This document shows positions 36,343-46,240 of a DNA stretch of 64,000 bases, piece by piece. The notes under the pieces were generated by a model. The model had not been told where the DNA came from and ran no database searches. It saw only the letters and a list, made by a program, of their open reading frames with translations. Every line of letters begins with the position of its first letter. The first letter of the stretch is position 1. The position numbers and the translations under genes were made by a program. Origin of the DNA: Candidatus Micrarchaeota archaeon (GTDB taxonomy: Archaea > Micrarchaeota > Micrarchaeia > Micrarchaeales > CABMGC01); contig JAGWHJ010000001.1 in NCBI GenBank assembly GCA_028866835.1, positions 4,636 through 68,635 on the forward strand, written 5' to 3'.

Positions 36343-39030
36343 TCAGCTCCATACCCCGTTGGCAAACTTTGCGGCGGAGATGGTAATCCCTCCGGTATTG
36401 CTGTTTGCGATGACCGAGTAGTAGTGGCTTTCAGTCTGGTTGCAGAGCGCGAGCGCAACATTGTCGCCGTATCCTGCGGGCGTGGAGAATGCGACATTGC
36501 AGCCCGAAGGCCAGGTTATGCTCTGGCATGCGGACCTGCCGCATGCGACCATGAGCGCAACGGCCTCAGGGTCGGGGCCGTAGTTTGTATTGTAAGTGAA
36601 GTTATACGGGCCCGAACTGCCGGAGGTGGCTCCAACCTGCCCCTCGTAGTTGATGGTGCCGCTGGAGGTGAGTGCGAAGCCGGCAACGCTCATGGCGCCC
36701 AGGCTTGCCTCGGTCATGTTGCATGACTGCGATCCGAAAGGCGCGCTCGCCTCGGAGACAGTGTATCCCGAACTTGATACGCTGTCCATCACGGGCCACT
36801 GGGAATTTATCGAATAGCCATTGGTAGAGCCCCAGCAGAATGTCCCAGGATATCCGCTTGCACTAACGGAGCATGAGGCGGATGTGGCGGACGATGGATT
36901 TGAGTAGCAGAAATGCGGGACAAGGATTGCGTAGCTGCCTGTCTGCTGCGCCGTTGTGGTTGGCGATGTCGTGGCCATGGAGGTGGTCTGGGACGTCGCA
37001 GGCACAGTCGTGCTCGGAGAGGTCGTGAAAACGCTCGTCGATGCCGTTGAAGGCGATGATGTGGTGCTCTGGATTGACGACGCGCTCCATACGCCGTTTG
37101 CGAACCTTGCGTCTGATACGGTAACTCCGCCTGGGCCCGAAAGGTACACGGTCACGTAGTAGGAGCTGCCCTCCGCCTGGTTGCAGAGCGCTAGATACGT
37201 GTTCTCATAGTTGTCCGAACCCGTATTGGACGAGACCATGCTGCATCCCTGCGGCAGAATTACCCTTGGGCAGCCGTACCATCCGCATGAGATCATGAGA
37301 GCTACCGCTTCTGAACCGCTGCCGGAATCGGTCGTGTAAGTGTAGGTGTAGCTCAAGACCTTGCTCGCGTTGCCACCGGATTCTCCGGTATATTGCACCT
37401 GGCCGCTTGATGATTGAACCGCTAGACCAGCAACCACGGTGTCAGCAGCCCCGGATACGCTGCATGCGGATGCGCCTTTGGATGCGAACGGGCGAGCAGT
37501 TTCGGATACGTCCGTGTAGCTTCCGCCGTTTGAACTTTCATCAATGGACCAGAATGGCGTATTCAGCGCTCCGTTTCCGGAGCCGGCCCAGCAGAATGTG
37601 CCCGATTGCCCGGAAGGGACGGAGCATGCTGCTGATGTTGTGCCTTTCGCGCTGCACGAGCTTGCTGTGTAGGTTTGCTCATTAGGAGGGACAGTGGTCG
37701 TGCCTGTAGTAGGAGCGGTTGTGGCCACCGTAGTGAAGCGGGTGGTGGTGTATATCGTGCTTGGATTGGTGGTGTAAACGGATGTTGCCACAGAGGTGCT
37801 TGAACCACACTGCGAGGTAGTGCCGTAGCAGTTCCGTGTTGTAGTGGAACCGCCGCCTGAGGAGATTGTTGTAGTAGGTATCGTGGAGTATATGGAGCTG
37901 GAATATACGGAGCTTGAGGCAGACGTATAAACGCTGGTAGTGTAAATGCTGCTGGTGTAGCAGTAGAAGCAGCTCGTGGTTGTTGAGCTTGTCGTCCGCA
38001 TGGACGTAGACACAGATGTCGGTACAGAGGTCGGGAAGCTTGTCGTTGATATGACAGATGTTGAAGTGGCCGGATTCACTATGTACACGACGGCACCGCC
38101 CACGCTGGTGTAGGGGCCTGGCGGCTGGCCTGAGCCGAACGCCTGCCAAGCCTCAGAAGGATACCAGTTCCCGTAGACGTAGCTGGGGCTGCTGGTGGTG
38201 TAAGGCGTCCATGCGTTGTTGTAGAAGTAGAAGCCGTAAGGCGGCGCCAGAGAAGCCTCGGATATCGAGTAGACCTCTTCGTAATCAGTGTAATCGTAGT
38301 AGCCGTAGTCGCTGTAGTTCAGGTACAGGAAGCCTCCGCCGGTTGGAGCGGTGTAGCTCCACACCAATGCCGAACCCTCGTATGCGAGGAACTGGACCTG
38401 CCCGTTGTTCGGTGCAATCATCTGGAAGGTGTAGGTGGCGCCAGGGGTAAGTACGGCTGCGATGGGCGAATAGTGGTATGTCAGGGCGTTCGGAGGCCCT
38501 GAAGTCCACGAGTAGACAAGCCCCCATTGGCCGTAAAAGTCAGAGAACCCGATCTGGTCATAGCTTCCTGCATTGTCCCATGCGGACATCAGGACGTAAT
38601 AGTAGTCGTCGGCCTGCGGTGCGGCGCCTGGAATCTGTATCGTTGTTGATACTCCCCTGGCCCATGCAGGCGCGGTGTCGACTGCACCAAGCCAGTAATG
38701 GGTTGAGACAACGGAGGCAGGCGAGGCAAAGTTATGAACGCATCCGGTATTGCTCAGCGCGGATTTAGGTTGCGCCGGAGGCGGGGCTTGGTGTCCGTTC
38801 ACTATCGGAATCCCGGTTGTCGAGTTCCAGTTCACTACGATAACGGTATTGCTAGGCGTGGTTATGGAAAGAGGATTCACGGAGGAGCATGAGGTGGCAA
38901 CCAATGGATTGTTCCCGAACTCTTTTGTTGCAGGCGGAGGAACCGACATGAAAAACGCAACGATTATGATGGCTGCCCCAAGAAAGACCAGGTTGTCGGC
39001 AATGCCGTGGATTGCCATTCTGCTTTTCAC
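36343..39030 (-). CDS. Large secreted/surface protein: peptidase G1-like domain, Ser/Thr stalks and two Cys-rich tandem domains
   Basis: N-terminal TM/signal; Ser/Thr-rich linkers; two ~200-aa repeats, both ending A[RK]FANGVWS. Confidence 0.75.
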   Translation of the reverse strand: MKSRMAIHGIADNLVFLGAAIIIVAFFMSVPPPATKEFGNNPLVATSCSSVNPLSITTPSNTVIVVNWNSTTGIPIVNGHQAPPPAQPKSALSNTGCVHNFASPASVVSTHYWLGAVDTAPAWARGVSTTIQIPGAAPQADDYYYVLMSAWDNAGSYDQIGFSDFYGQWGLVYSWTSGPPNALTYHYSPIAAVLTPGATYTFQMIAPNNGQVQFLAYEGSALVWSYTAPTGGGFLYLNYSDYGYYDYTDYEEVYSISEASLAPPYGFYFYNNAWTPYTTSSPSYVYGNWYPSEAWQAFGSGQPPGPYTSVGGAVVYIVNPATSTSVISTTSFPTSVPTSVSTSMRTTSSTTTSCFYCYTSSIYTTSVYTSASSSVYSSSIYSTIPTTTISSGGGSTTTRNCYGTTSQCGSSTSVATSVYTTNPSTIYTTTRFTTVATTAPTTGTTTVPPNEQTYTASSCSAKGTTSAACSVPSGQSGTFCWAGSGNGALNTPFWSIDESSNGGSYTDVSETARPFASKGASACSVSGAADTVVAGLAVQSSSGQVQYTGESGGNASKVLSYTYTYTTDSGSGSEAVALMISCGWYGCPRVILPQGCSMVSSNTGSDNYENTYLALCNQAEGSSYYVTVYLSGPGGVTVSDARFANGVWSASSIQSTTSSPSTASTSVFTTSPSTTVPATSQTTSMATTSPTTTAQQTGSYAILVPHFCYSNPSSATSASCSVSASGYPGTFCWGSTNGYSINSQWPVMDSVSSSGYTVSEASAPFGSQSCNMTEASLGAMSVAGFALTSSGTINYEGQVGATSGSSGPYNFTYNTNYGPDPEAVALMVACGRSACQSITWPSGCNVAFSTPAGYGDNVALALCNQTESHYYSVIANSNTGGITISAAKFANGVWS

Positions 39031-39152
39031 GACTTTATAGATGCTTGATAGGTTATTTAATTTTATCCATAAGGCTTAGCTCGGACCATATTGAACCTGC
39101 CCTCACTTTCGCAAGGTTCAAAAGTTTTGATGTTCAATATAGTGCGAGTAGC

Positions 39153-40346
39153 ATGCCTTCAGAACAAGCTAGTCCTCAGCAGGCTTCATCCGACCTTAGC
39201 GTGATCGAGAAGCTCAAGATGTTCAGGGGCCTTCTTGACCCCAATTACTTCAAGCAGTCGGTGCGGCCGATCATATTCAATAGGGCAAACGGCGATCCGG
39301 AGCGCGTCCATGAGCTTGTCCTTGACATACTGAAAAAGAATAATTTCGAGCTCTCGCTTGTTTCCGGGCTGTTCAATGCGCCTGAGGAGCTCAGGATAGA
39401 TGTGTACGGGAAGAGGCTGGTGCCTTTCGGCTCTGCGGCCGGACTGGACAAGACCGGCGACCCGCTCTTGCCCCTCTCGAACATCTTCGGCTTCCTTGAA
39501 CCTGGGACCATATGCGTCAACCCCAGGGAGGGAAATCCCAGGCCGAGGGTTGTCAACGACGACTCCAGCCTCGACCTGTACAACGCGCAGGGATTTCCAG
39601 GCAAGGGGCTTGATTATTTCCTGAACAACCTTAAGGACTACAAGATGAGGAAAGGGAAGGTGCCCGTCTACGTAAACATGTGCGGCATGCCCCTTTCGGA
39701 GCAGAATGCCATAGAGCTCGCGATGGAGGAGATGAGGACGCTGCTGAAGAGCCTGGAACCCTACTGCGACGGTTTTGTGTGGAACTGCGCGTCGCCCAAC
39801 ACGGAGGCGCTCAGGATGCTGCGGACGCCGGAGATATCGGAACAGACCTCTGCGCTAATGAAGGAGCTTGCGCCAGAGAAGCTTAGGCTCGTGAAGATAT
39901 GGCCTTACGAACCCGAGGAGAAGGAGGCCACGTTCAGGTTCATCGAGGGCTTCATGGACGGCGGAGGTCACGGGGTTGTGGCCATAAACACGAAGATATT
40001 TCCCAGGGAGCAGGTGCCGGCGCCGAACTGGGGATACAAGTCGGCGGGAAGGAGCGGCAAGTTCCTCAGGCCGTACCGCCTCAGGAGCGTGAAGGACATA
40101 AGATCCGCTTTTCCGGATTCCGTCATAGTGGCTGCCGGCGGAATTTTCGACGGCGATGACGCCTATGCCACGTTCAAGGCAGGCGCGAACATGCTTGAGG
40201 GCTACACGCCGTACACGTTCTACGGACTTGGCCTGCTGAAGCAGATCGAGAACGGCGTCGCGCAGAAACTTAGGTCTGATGGCTACAAGAGCCTTGCCGA
40301 CCTGCAGGCGAACGTCAGGGAAGGAGGTGCAAGGGCCGATGGGTAA
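39153..40346 (+). CDS. pyrD: Dihydroorotate dehydrogenase, class 2-like (quinone)
   Basis: DPERVH, GSAAGLDK, PREGNPRPR, N.ASPNT (Ser base), VAINT, SG..LR and AAGGI motifs. Confidence 0.88.
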   Translation: MPSEQASPQQASSDLSVIEKLKMFRGLLDPNYFKQSVRPIIFNRANGDPERVHELVLDILKKNNFELSLVSGLFNAPEELRIDVYGKRLVPFGSAAGLDKTGDPLLPLSNIFGFLEPGTICVNPREGNPRPRVVNDDSSLDLYNAQGFPGKGLDYFLNNLKDYKMRKGKVPVYVNMCGMPLSEQNAIELAMEEMRTLLKSLEPYCDGFVWNCASPNTEALRMLRTPEISEQTSALMKELAPEKLRLVKIWPYEPEEKEATFRFIEGFMDGGGHGVVAINTKIFPREQVPAPNWGYKSAGRSGKFLRPYRLRSVKDIRSAFPDSVIVAAGGIFDGDDAYATFKAGANMLEGYTPYTFYGLGLLKQIENGVAQKLRSDGYKSLADLQANVREGGARADG

Positions 40347-41298
40347 GCGCATAGACCCGCATGTCCATTGCCGCGACTGGGGTCAGTCTTACAAGGCGAC
40401 CATAAAATCCGTTACAGAGATAGCCCGCAGACAGGGCGTTGTTGCAATCATCGACATGCCCAACACGCAGCCCGCAATAACCTCTGAGGAGCTGGTAATG
40501 CGGAGGCTCAGCACCGCGGAATCTGAGGGATGCCTTGACGGCTATTACCTCTACGTCGGCGCGACCCGAAGCCCGGAACAGCTGAAGGAGGCGGTGAGGC
40601 TCGTGCGCGACAACCCGAAAGTTCTCGGCATAAAGATGTATGCTGGAAGATCGGTCGGCGACCTGGAGGTGCCGGACGAGGAAGGGCAGCGCGCGGTGTA
40701 CAGGGCCTTGGCTGGCGCGGGCTACACCGGGCCGGTCATGCTGCACTGCGAGAAGGAATCACTGTTCAGGATGGACCTGTGGGACCCCAAGCGGCCGCAC
40801 ACGTGGCTCATGGCAAGGCCGCCGGAGGCGGAGGTGGAATCGGTAAGGGACCAGATAAGGCTTGCAATAGATTCGGGATTGGAAGCGCACCTCCACATCT
40901 GCCACATCTCCGTGCCCGAAGCCGTAGAGCTGGTAAACGATGCAAGGAGGGAGCTTGACATAAGCTGCGGCGCAACTCCCCATCATCTCACGATGTCTAC
41001 CGATGACATGAAAACGCGGGATGGCATTACCTACAAGGTCAATCCCCCGCTAAGGGACCGGGAAACGGCTGCAGGGCTCATGGACCTCCTTAAGCACGGG
41101 AGGATAGACTGGATTGAGACGGACCACGCGCCGCACACAGAAGATGAGAAGGCCAGATCCTACCTGTCTGGGATACAGAGCCTCGGCACGTATTCGTCGT
41201 TCTTGGAGGGGCTGAGGGAGGACGGCTTTACCGATGCGCAGATAGAGAGGCTGACTTACTCAAACATAAAGAGGGTCTTCCCGAAGATAATCGAGTAG
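40339..41298 (+). CDS. pyrC: Dihydroorotase (amidohydrolase family)
   Basis: IDPHVHCRD, DMPNT.P, HCE, HICHIS, TPHHL, KVNPPLR and TDHAPH motifs; overlaps the pyrD stop. Confidence 0.92.
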   Translation: MGKRIDPHVHCRDWGQSYKATIKSVTEIARRQGVVAIIDMPNTQPAITSEELVMRRLSTAESEGCLDGYYLYVGATRSPEQLKEAVRLVRDNPKVLGIKMYAGRSVGDLEVPDEEGQRAVYRALAGAGYTGPVMLHCEKESLFRMDLWDPKRPHTWLMARPPEAEVESVRDQIRLAIDSGLEAHLHICHISVPEAVELVNDARRELDISCGATPHHLTMSTDDMKTRDGITYKVNPPLRDRETAAGLMDLLKHGRIDWIETDHAPHTEDEKARSYLSGIQSLGTYSSFLEGLREDGFTDAQIERLTYSNIKRVFPKIIE

Positions 41299-41352
41299 AA
41301 GGTTTTTATTAGCTAGCCGGCAATGTTATATCAGGCCAGCCCGTGAATTCCT

Positions 41353-42687
41353 ATGGTGAAAAAGCCCCAAAAAAAGAGAGATTCGGACCTGTTCTTCAGG
41401 ATCGGGATAATAGTCGGGGTGCTACTTGTATATCTTGTTGCGGGAAAGGTGGGGCTGTCTCTGGCGCTCATCAATTCCAGCGTGACGGCGATATGGCCAC
41501 CCACGGGCATCGCCCTTGCAGCGCTGCTGATCTTTGGCTTCAGGTACTGGCCGGTGATATATGCCGGCGCATTCATCGTCAATTTCAGCACGACTGGAGA
41601 CATCATGAGCTCGGTATTCATAGCCCTCGGGAATACGCTTGAGGCTTACGTGGCCGCGTTCCTGGTGAAGAGGTTTGCAAACGGCATCAGCGCATTTGAT
41701 ACATGGCAGAATACGGTGAAATTCGGCCTCTCGGCCGTACCAGCAGCAGTCGTCGCAGCGACGGTGGGAGTAACGACGTTACTGCTGTCCGGATTGACCA
41801 CGTACGTAGCATACGCCCTCACCTGGGTGACATGGTTCCTTGGCGACTTCACAGGTGCGGTGATATTCGCCCCTGCAATAATACTACTCTACAGGAACCC
41901 GTACTTCAATTACGGGGAAAAGCCTGGCGAAAAGCTCACGTTCATACTCCTGGTGATCGTCCTTCCCGCTTTGATATTCAATACATCAATAGTAGCATAC
42001 CATCCCGGGGCGTACCTTTGTCTGGTACTGATAGGCATAATAGGCATGAAGTACACGCCCAGGGAAACGGCGCTGGCGGGCATTGCAATAGCAATGACGG
42101 CCATCTTCTTCACGGCACATGGAGTAGGTCCATTCATCATCTCTGGCGGCCAAGCCAATACGGCCCTCTTGCTTCTCCAGCTCTTTGTGGCGATACTCAC
42201 GTTATTCGGGCTGGTGCTCGCCGCGCTGACAAAGTCGGAGGACAACCTGCGCAGGCAGCTTCTTGCAGAACGAAACTCGCTCGATCTCCAGGTGAGGTAC
42301 ATGGAGGCGGAGATGGGGCAGGACAAGAAGCACCACGGCGTAATTCTAGAGCCAACGAAGACCGGATTCCTCGATCTTGATCTGGAAAACCATACAAGCA
42401 TAAGAAATGCAAAACACGACCAGGTCTATGGGCATTACAGCATGCTGCCGAGCTGGAACATGGACATATTCTACGAGCACGTGCTCCCGCAGGACAGGAA
42501 GGTGGCGCACAAGGCCTATGCAGAGGCGTACAAGACAGGGAAGCTGAGCCTGGAGTGCAGGATAAAGTGGCCCGACAATTCGATACACTGGATAGAGATA
42601 AGGGGCCTCGTCTCTTTTGATGAGGACCACAAGCCGCTGAGGATACTGAGCAGGGTAATAGAGCTTGCGCGAACCCCTTCGAGATGA
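41353..42687 (+). CDS. MASE1 membrane sensor with a C-terminal PAS domain and no output domain
   Basis: IWPPTGIALA, GNTLEA and W.LGD..G (MASE1); V.PQDR....ECRIKWPDNSIHWI..RG (PAS_3). Confidence 0.85.
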   Translation: MVKKPQKKRDSDLFFRIGIIVGVLLVYLVAGKVGLSLALINSSVTAIWPPTGIALAALLIFGFRYWPVIYAGAFIVNFSTTGDIMSSVFIALGNTLEAYVAAFLVKRFANGISAFDTWQNTVKFGLSAVPAAVVAATVGVTTLLLSGLTTYVAYALTWVTWFLGDFTGAVIFAPAIILLYRNPYFNYGEKPGEKLTFILLVIVLPALIFNTSIVAYHPGAYLCLVLIGIIGMKYTPRETALAGIAIAMTAIFFTAHGVGPFIISGGQANTALLLLQLFVAILTLFGLVLAALTKSEDNLRRQLLAERNSLDLQVRYMEAEMGQDKKHHGVILEPTKTGFLDLDLENHTSIRNAKHDQVYGHYSMLPSWNMDIFYEHVLPQDRKVAHKAYAEAYKTGKLSLECRIKWPDNSIHWIEIRGLVSFDEDHKPLRILSRVIELARTPSR

Positions 42688-42718
42688 TCTATGCCTGCCA
42701 TGATTATGCGTGATCCAT

Positions 42719-43189
42719 ATGCCATTCAACATAAAGCCGCCCAAGAACGATGACGAGTACTTCGAAAGGATGACGCACGCGATCTTCCAGGCGGGTTTGA
42801 ACTGGAAGATGGTGGAGAACAAATGGCCGAACTTAAGGAAGGCCTTTGCGGATTTCTCCATAGACAGGGTCGCAAGATTCGGCGACAGGGAGGTTGAGCG
42901 CCTGATGAAGGACACGGGTATAATACGAAACGAGAAGAAGATAAGGTCGGTGATAGCAAACGCCAGGGAGTTCCAGAGGATAAAGGGTGAGTACAGGTCC
43001 TTCCCGGGCTACATACGCTCCTTCCACGGCTCGGAGCAGGGGATGGCCTACGACCTGCAGGAGAGGTTCAAGCACCTCGGCTCCTCAAGCGCGAGGATGT
43101 ACATGTGGATGATAGGGATGAAGCTCAAGCCCAATGCCGAGGAAAAGGCATGGATAGCCTCGCATGATAAGGAGCACCATGGTAGATAG
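42719..43189 (+). CDS. tag: DNA-3-methyladenine glycosylase I family protein
   Basis: FQAGLNW..V..K, F..F....VA, GIIRN..KI....NA and FKHLG motifs. Confidence 0.88.
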   Translation: MPFNIKPPKNDDEYFERMTHAIFQAGLNWKMVENKWPNLRKAFADFSIDRVARFGDREVERLMKDTGIIRNEKKIRSVIANAREFQRIKGEYRSFPGYIRSFHGSEQGMAYDLQERFKHLGSSSARMYMWMIGMKLKPNAEEKAWIASHDKEHHGR

Positions 43190-44656
43190 ATGGCACAGAT
43201 CATAGACTATATCCGCGCTGTTGCAGCGATATGTGTAGTGCTGATTCTGGCAGCGATCTTCCTTCTTAATGGGATGCCCAGGACCGCAACTTCCACGAGC
43301 ACGGCCATTCCGAGCAGCAGCTCCACGGCGCATGCGACAACCACAACAGTATCGCGGACATCGCAGAACTGGGAGGGCATGTACAGCCTGCTGAGCAACA
43401 ATACGTTCAACCTCCAGAGCATCTTCAACCTCTCCCAGCCGCAGCAGAACCTCACCGCAATAGAATACTCCGGGAACATAAGCAACTACGGCGCGAGAGC
43501 GCCCTTCAACCTGAGCTACGGGCTTGGCGTGAACTTCAGCGTTCTGGAGCTCAGCACGCTGAACGCGTACCGCGGCCACGGGGAGAACATAACGTCTGCA
43601 TACGTAGACGGCGGATACTACCAGTGCGTAAGGGCCGATGACATAGCGAACGGCGGGCCGCAGGGGCTCGTGTGCTATCCCGAATCGCAGTCCGGGTTCA
43701 ACAGCGGCAGCCTGATGTCCGGACTGGGGGCTGGCCTGGCCGATGCAGAGCAGCTCAGAGGCACGACGCAGTCGCTCATACCTGCCGCCTTTGCGATGCT
43801 GCTGGTACACTCGCCGCAGACGGCGATAACGCTGCGCAACACCAGCATAAGGAATTCCAGCTTCAATGGCCTTCCGTGCAAGCTTGTCAGCAGCAACTAC
43901 TCCACGAATTATGACAACGACACCGGGGGGACGGAGATGAAGGGAAGGATAACCACCTGCATCTCGAAAAAATACAACGTGCCGCTGACCGCGCATTTCA
44001 CGATAAGAAACGTGAGCACGAACGGGGTGACGCGGAACGGCACAAGATACAATAACTACCAATTGCTTCAGTTCAGCATAAACGTCACGGAGAGGAGCCT
44101 GGGCACTGGCAGGGGCAAGCCTTACTCGCTGCCATCCAGGACCGCGTGCTTCGGGGTTGCCGAACTGCTTACATGCTACAATCCGGTGATAGGGACGAAC
44201 GGCGTGCTCGAGCTGAACCTCTCGATAAGCAACGTCTACACGATACAGAACTACTACAACGGGAGGTACAGCTACTACGAGGTCAATTACACGAACGTGA
44301 CGATAGCGTGCTCGACCCTGGACCAGTTTGCGGAGCTTGGGGACAGCAGCGATGTCAGGCAGTACGAATTCGCCAAGCTCGCTGCACTAATAATGCACAA
44401 CCAGACGGTCTCTGGAAGGGTGGCGATACAGTGCTACAACCAGACCGGTGCCCCGATAACAAGCCTCAAGCCAGGGGATCCGCAGTACTTCAACCTGTTC
44501 CTGAATTATACGGAGGAGAACGCCACGTCGCCGAATGCGCCGCTTGGAAACGGGCTGCCGGGACCACATGTCTTCACCGCCACGGGGATAGCAAGCGCAT
44601 ACGTCTCCAATTCCAGCATAGATGCGCCGCAGTTCAACCTCCGCCTGAACCGATGA
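43190..44656 (+). CDS. Membrane-anchored, heavily N-glycosylatable surface protein
   Basis: N-terminal TM, Thr/Ser linker, very many N-x-S/T sequons, Cys pairs. Confidence 0.7.
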   Translation: MAQIIDYIRAVAAICVVLILAAIFLLNGMPRTATSTSTAIPSSSSTAHATTTTVSRTSQNWEGMYSLLSNNTFNLQSIFNLSQPQQNLTAIEYSGNISNYGARAPFNLSYGLGVNFSVLELSTLNAYRGHGENITSAYVDGGYYQCVRADDIANGGPQGLVCYPESQSGFNSGSLMSGLGAGLADAEQLRGTTQSLIPAAFAMLLVHSPQTAITLRNTSIRNSSFNGLPCKLVSSNYSTNYDNDTGGTEMKGRITTCISKKYNVPLTAHFTIRNVSTNGVTRNGTRYNNYQLLQFSINVTERSLGTGRGKPYSLPSRTACFGVAELLTCYNPVIGTNGVLELNLSISNVYTIQNYYNGRYSYYEVNYTNVTIACSTLDQFAELGDSSDVRQYEFAKLAALIMHNQTVSGRVAIQCYNQTGAPITSLKPGDPQYFNLFLNYTEENATSPNAPLGNGLPGPHVFTATGIASAYVSNSSIDAPQFNLRLNR

Positions 44657-44662
44657 ACAGGA

Positions 44663-45205
44663 TTATCGCTTCAATGTTATCAAAACCTGGTCCGGATCCA
44701 CGCCCTCGCCAACACCATAGCCTTTGATACGCCCTTTATCGACGAACTCGTCCAATCGTTTCCCCACTGAACCCTTTAAGAATTCGTTAATTGGCTCTGC
44801 CGCTATTCTTTGGACGGCTTCGTTCGCAAGTATGTCCTCTACTACCTTCCTTAAAATGGTGGTATAGACGCCGTTTCTCCTTGCGGAATGATCGACGTAT
44901 GCAGAAGTTATGTCTATCCTACTTCTGCCATAGGCCGTAGTTATGATGTAACCAAGAATCTGACCTGTTAAGGGATGAGTTGCAAAATAGTCGGCTGAGT
45001 TGGGTCCGTGATATAGCGGTTCATCTTCCTCCAGCTGCAGGCTGCACCTTGTGAATTCATCAAACTCACGGCGCTGGGCAGGGCTAAGGGCCTTGTAATC
45101 AATCCTTGTGACCTCTATCTCAAGCCCCGGTTCGTTTGAAGGACCAGCTCGCGCCTTCCCGATTACATCCAATGGATCCCTGATTCGCCTTGGCATTTTA
45201 ACCAT
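44663..45205 (-). CDS. GNAT-family acetyltransferase-like orphan
   Basis: ILGYI...ITSAYVDHSARRNGVYT.I matches the acetyl-CoA binding motif A. Confidence 0.7.
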   Translation of the reverse strand: MVKMPRRIRDPLDVIGKARAGPSNEPGLEIEVTRIDYKALSPAQRREFDEFTRCSLQLEEDEPLYHGPNSADYFATHPLTGQILGYIITTAYGRSRIDITSAYVDHSARRNGVYTTILRKVVEDILANEAVQRIAAEPINEFLKGSVGKRLDEFVDKGRIKGYGVGEGVDPDQVLITLKR

Positions 45206-45305
45206 AGAGATGGTGGACTTTTTGATATTTACGCATTTTGGCCCATTTGGCGGCTGTTCAAGAGCGCGCTTATCCCGCATTCTTATTAGGCTTCATCTTG
45301 ATAGG

Positions 45306-45791
45306 ATGGATATTATGCATGTTTCGAAGAGGACCATGGTACTGTTCTTGGTAACAGGCACTACGATAGTATTATCGATGCTACTTACGCTGATCGTAGT
45401 CTATACTGGTGCTTATGCGATATCAGAGATGATATTTGCAGTTTCTGGACTTCTTGTGAGCATTTATCTTGTGCTGTACCAGTATCTCAGGGTGCCTCTT
45501 GCATGCCCGAGGTCAGGACTTGTGGACTGCAGGAAGGTGCTGGACAGCAAATACTCCTTCCTTGCCAGGAACATAAGGACGTCGGTGCTCGGCCTGCTCT
45601 TCTTCCCTCTCATGATCGCAGCGGTGCTCATCGGCAACCATCCTTTGGTGGTACTTTTCAGCTTTGCTGGCCTGATCTACACTTTCGAAAGGATCTACAC
45701 ACAGTACAGGATAGGGAGCATCTGCCTGTACTGCACATTTACATACATAATGGTGGTATCAATGCTGATGACCGCACTGATATCGGCATAG
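45306..45791 (+). CDS. Vitamin K epoxide reductase (VKOR) family protein
   Basis: CPRSGLVDCRKVL.S.YS loop cysteines and CLYC redox motif within TM helices. Confidence 0.88.
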   Translation: MDIMHVSKRTMVLFLVTGTTIVLSMLLTLIVVYTGAYAISEMIFAVSGLLVSIYLVLYQYLRVPLACPRSGLVDCRKVLDSKYSFLARNIRTSVLGLLFFPLMIAAVLIGNHPLVVLFSFAGLIYTFERIYTQYRIGSICLYCTFTYIMVVSMLMTALISA

Positions 45792-45794
45792 CGC

Positions 45795-46220
45795 CTACAG
45801 CCTGAAGTGCTTCCTGAGAGGCAGCAGCTTGGTTACGGGCATCTCCTCGTAGTCCTCGTAGCCATCGACATAGATGAGGCATATGTCATCGTTCGGTATA
45901 GTGGTCTGCTTTAGCGCGTCCTTCGCAAAGGCCCTCGCCTTCGCGTCGAATATGTCCAGGAGCGTCTCCTCCTGCTTCACCGTGTCGTCGTCAGTGTCGC
46001 GCACGTAGACCAGCTGTATGTCCGTTGAGTTCTCGTTTATGTTGGAGAGCGCGAATCCCTTGAAAAGCTCCTTGTCGTAGAGGGCTATGTAATCTAGGCT
46101 GTCGCCCACGTACTCGAACATCGCGGTCATGCCGCTGAATTCGCCGGTTTTCTCGAACCTCGAGCTCCACGGATACAGATCGAATATCGTGACCTTTACG
46201 GGCAGGTTCTTGTTTGGCAA
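45795..46220 (-). CDS. Acidic hypothetical protein, third gene of the ferredoxin operon
   Basis: 141-aa ORF with genome-typical codon pattern, 20 nt after the ferredoxin gene. Confidence 0.65.
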   Translation of the reverse strand: MPNKNLPVKVTIFDLYPWSSRFEKTGEFSGMTAMFEYVGDSLDYIALYDKELFKGFALSNINENSTDIQLVYVRDTDDDTVKQEETLLDIFDAKARAFAKDALKQTTIPNDDICLIYVDGYEDYEEMPVTKLLPLRKHFRL

Positions 46221-46240
46221 TTTACCACATCTGCTTTTGG

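Noticed and set aside
36940..38070. Repetitive DNA suggesting a CRISPR array or tandem repeat
   Set aside because: It is Ser/Thr-rich coding sequence of the 895-aa protein; there are no identical spaced repeats and no cas genes.
42719..43189. Tag glycosylase lacking zinc-binding termini as a novelty
   Set aside because: Short Tag-like proteins without the Zn motif are, to my knowledge, common; nothing further supports novelty.
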